IMG/VR virus record: IMGVR_UViG_3300038829_000010
Coordinates: 1-43,987 of that record
Reading direction: 5' to 3' (one strand)
From: a virus
Taxonomy: Duplodnaviria; Caudoviricetes
DNA length: 43,987 bases
The stretch's first letter is position 1, and each line of letters starts with the position of its first letter. A model generated the notes under the pieces. It ran no database searches and was not told the origin of the DNA. It saw only the letters and a program-made list of their open reading frames with translations. The translations under genes were made by a program, and so were the position numbers. Shown here in pieces: positions 43,862-43,987 of this stretch.

Positions 43862-43987
43862 GGTAATTATCCCTTGACAACATTATGCGATTCTCCGAAG
43901 AAGCGTCTCCATCAACGGCTCAACATCGTCCCGGTGCGAGTAGCGGAAGCAGAACTCGTCCAGGTAGGTCTGTAGATGCTTGGGGCT
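43862..43987 (+). repeat. 126 bp terminal overlap with bases 1-126 (circular assembly overlap or second IS copy)
   Basis: Exact match to the window start. Confidence 0.95.

Noticed and set aside
43862-43987. Biological direct terminal repeat of the virion DNA
   Set aside because: The length is typical of a k-mer assembly overlap and it begins exactly at the IS end.

Overview
This looks like a complete ~43.9 kb siphovirus-type phage genome. Bases 43862-43987 repeat bases 1-126, so the unit length is 43,861 bp if it is circular. Nearly all genes are on the minus strand. In reading order it carries replication genes (dNMP kinase, SF2 helicase, VRR-NUC, primase-helicase, iteron-like origin, PD-(D/E)XK nuclease), HK97-like head and long-tail genes, a lysis cassette and Sak4/SSB recombination genes. 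These are followed by a 7-deazaguanine DNA-modification cluster (ParB-queD-dpdA-queE-folE-HNH-queC), a ~520 nt structured non-coding region and an IS1595-family element with two cargo genes. I found no integrase, DNA polymerase, tRNA or CRISPR array. The most unusual signals are: (1) three genes in virion-gene positions (after the capsid gene, before the tail tube gene, and the tail fibre) carry classical Sec signal peptides, and a Wzy_C O-antigen-ligase/O-oligosaccharyltransferase-like gene sits inside the head module, suggesting periplasmic export and glycosylation of virion proteins; (2) the IS is flanked by an exact 61 bp direct repeat; (3) a candidate large ncRNA; (4) repeated leaderless sigma70 promoters; (5) a large terminase with no canonical start codon. 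All protein calls come from motif recognition and gene order only; no searches were run.
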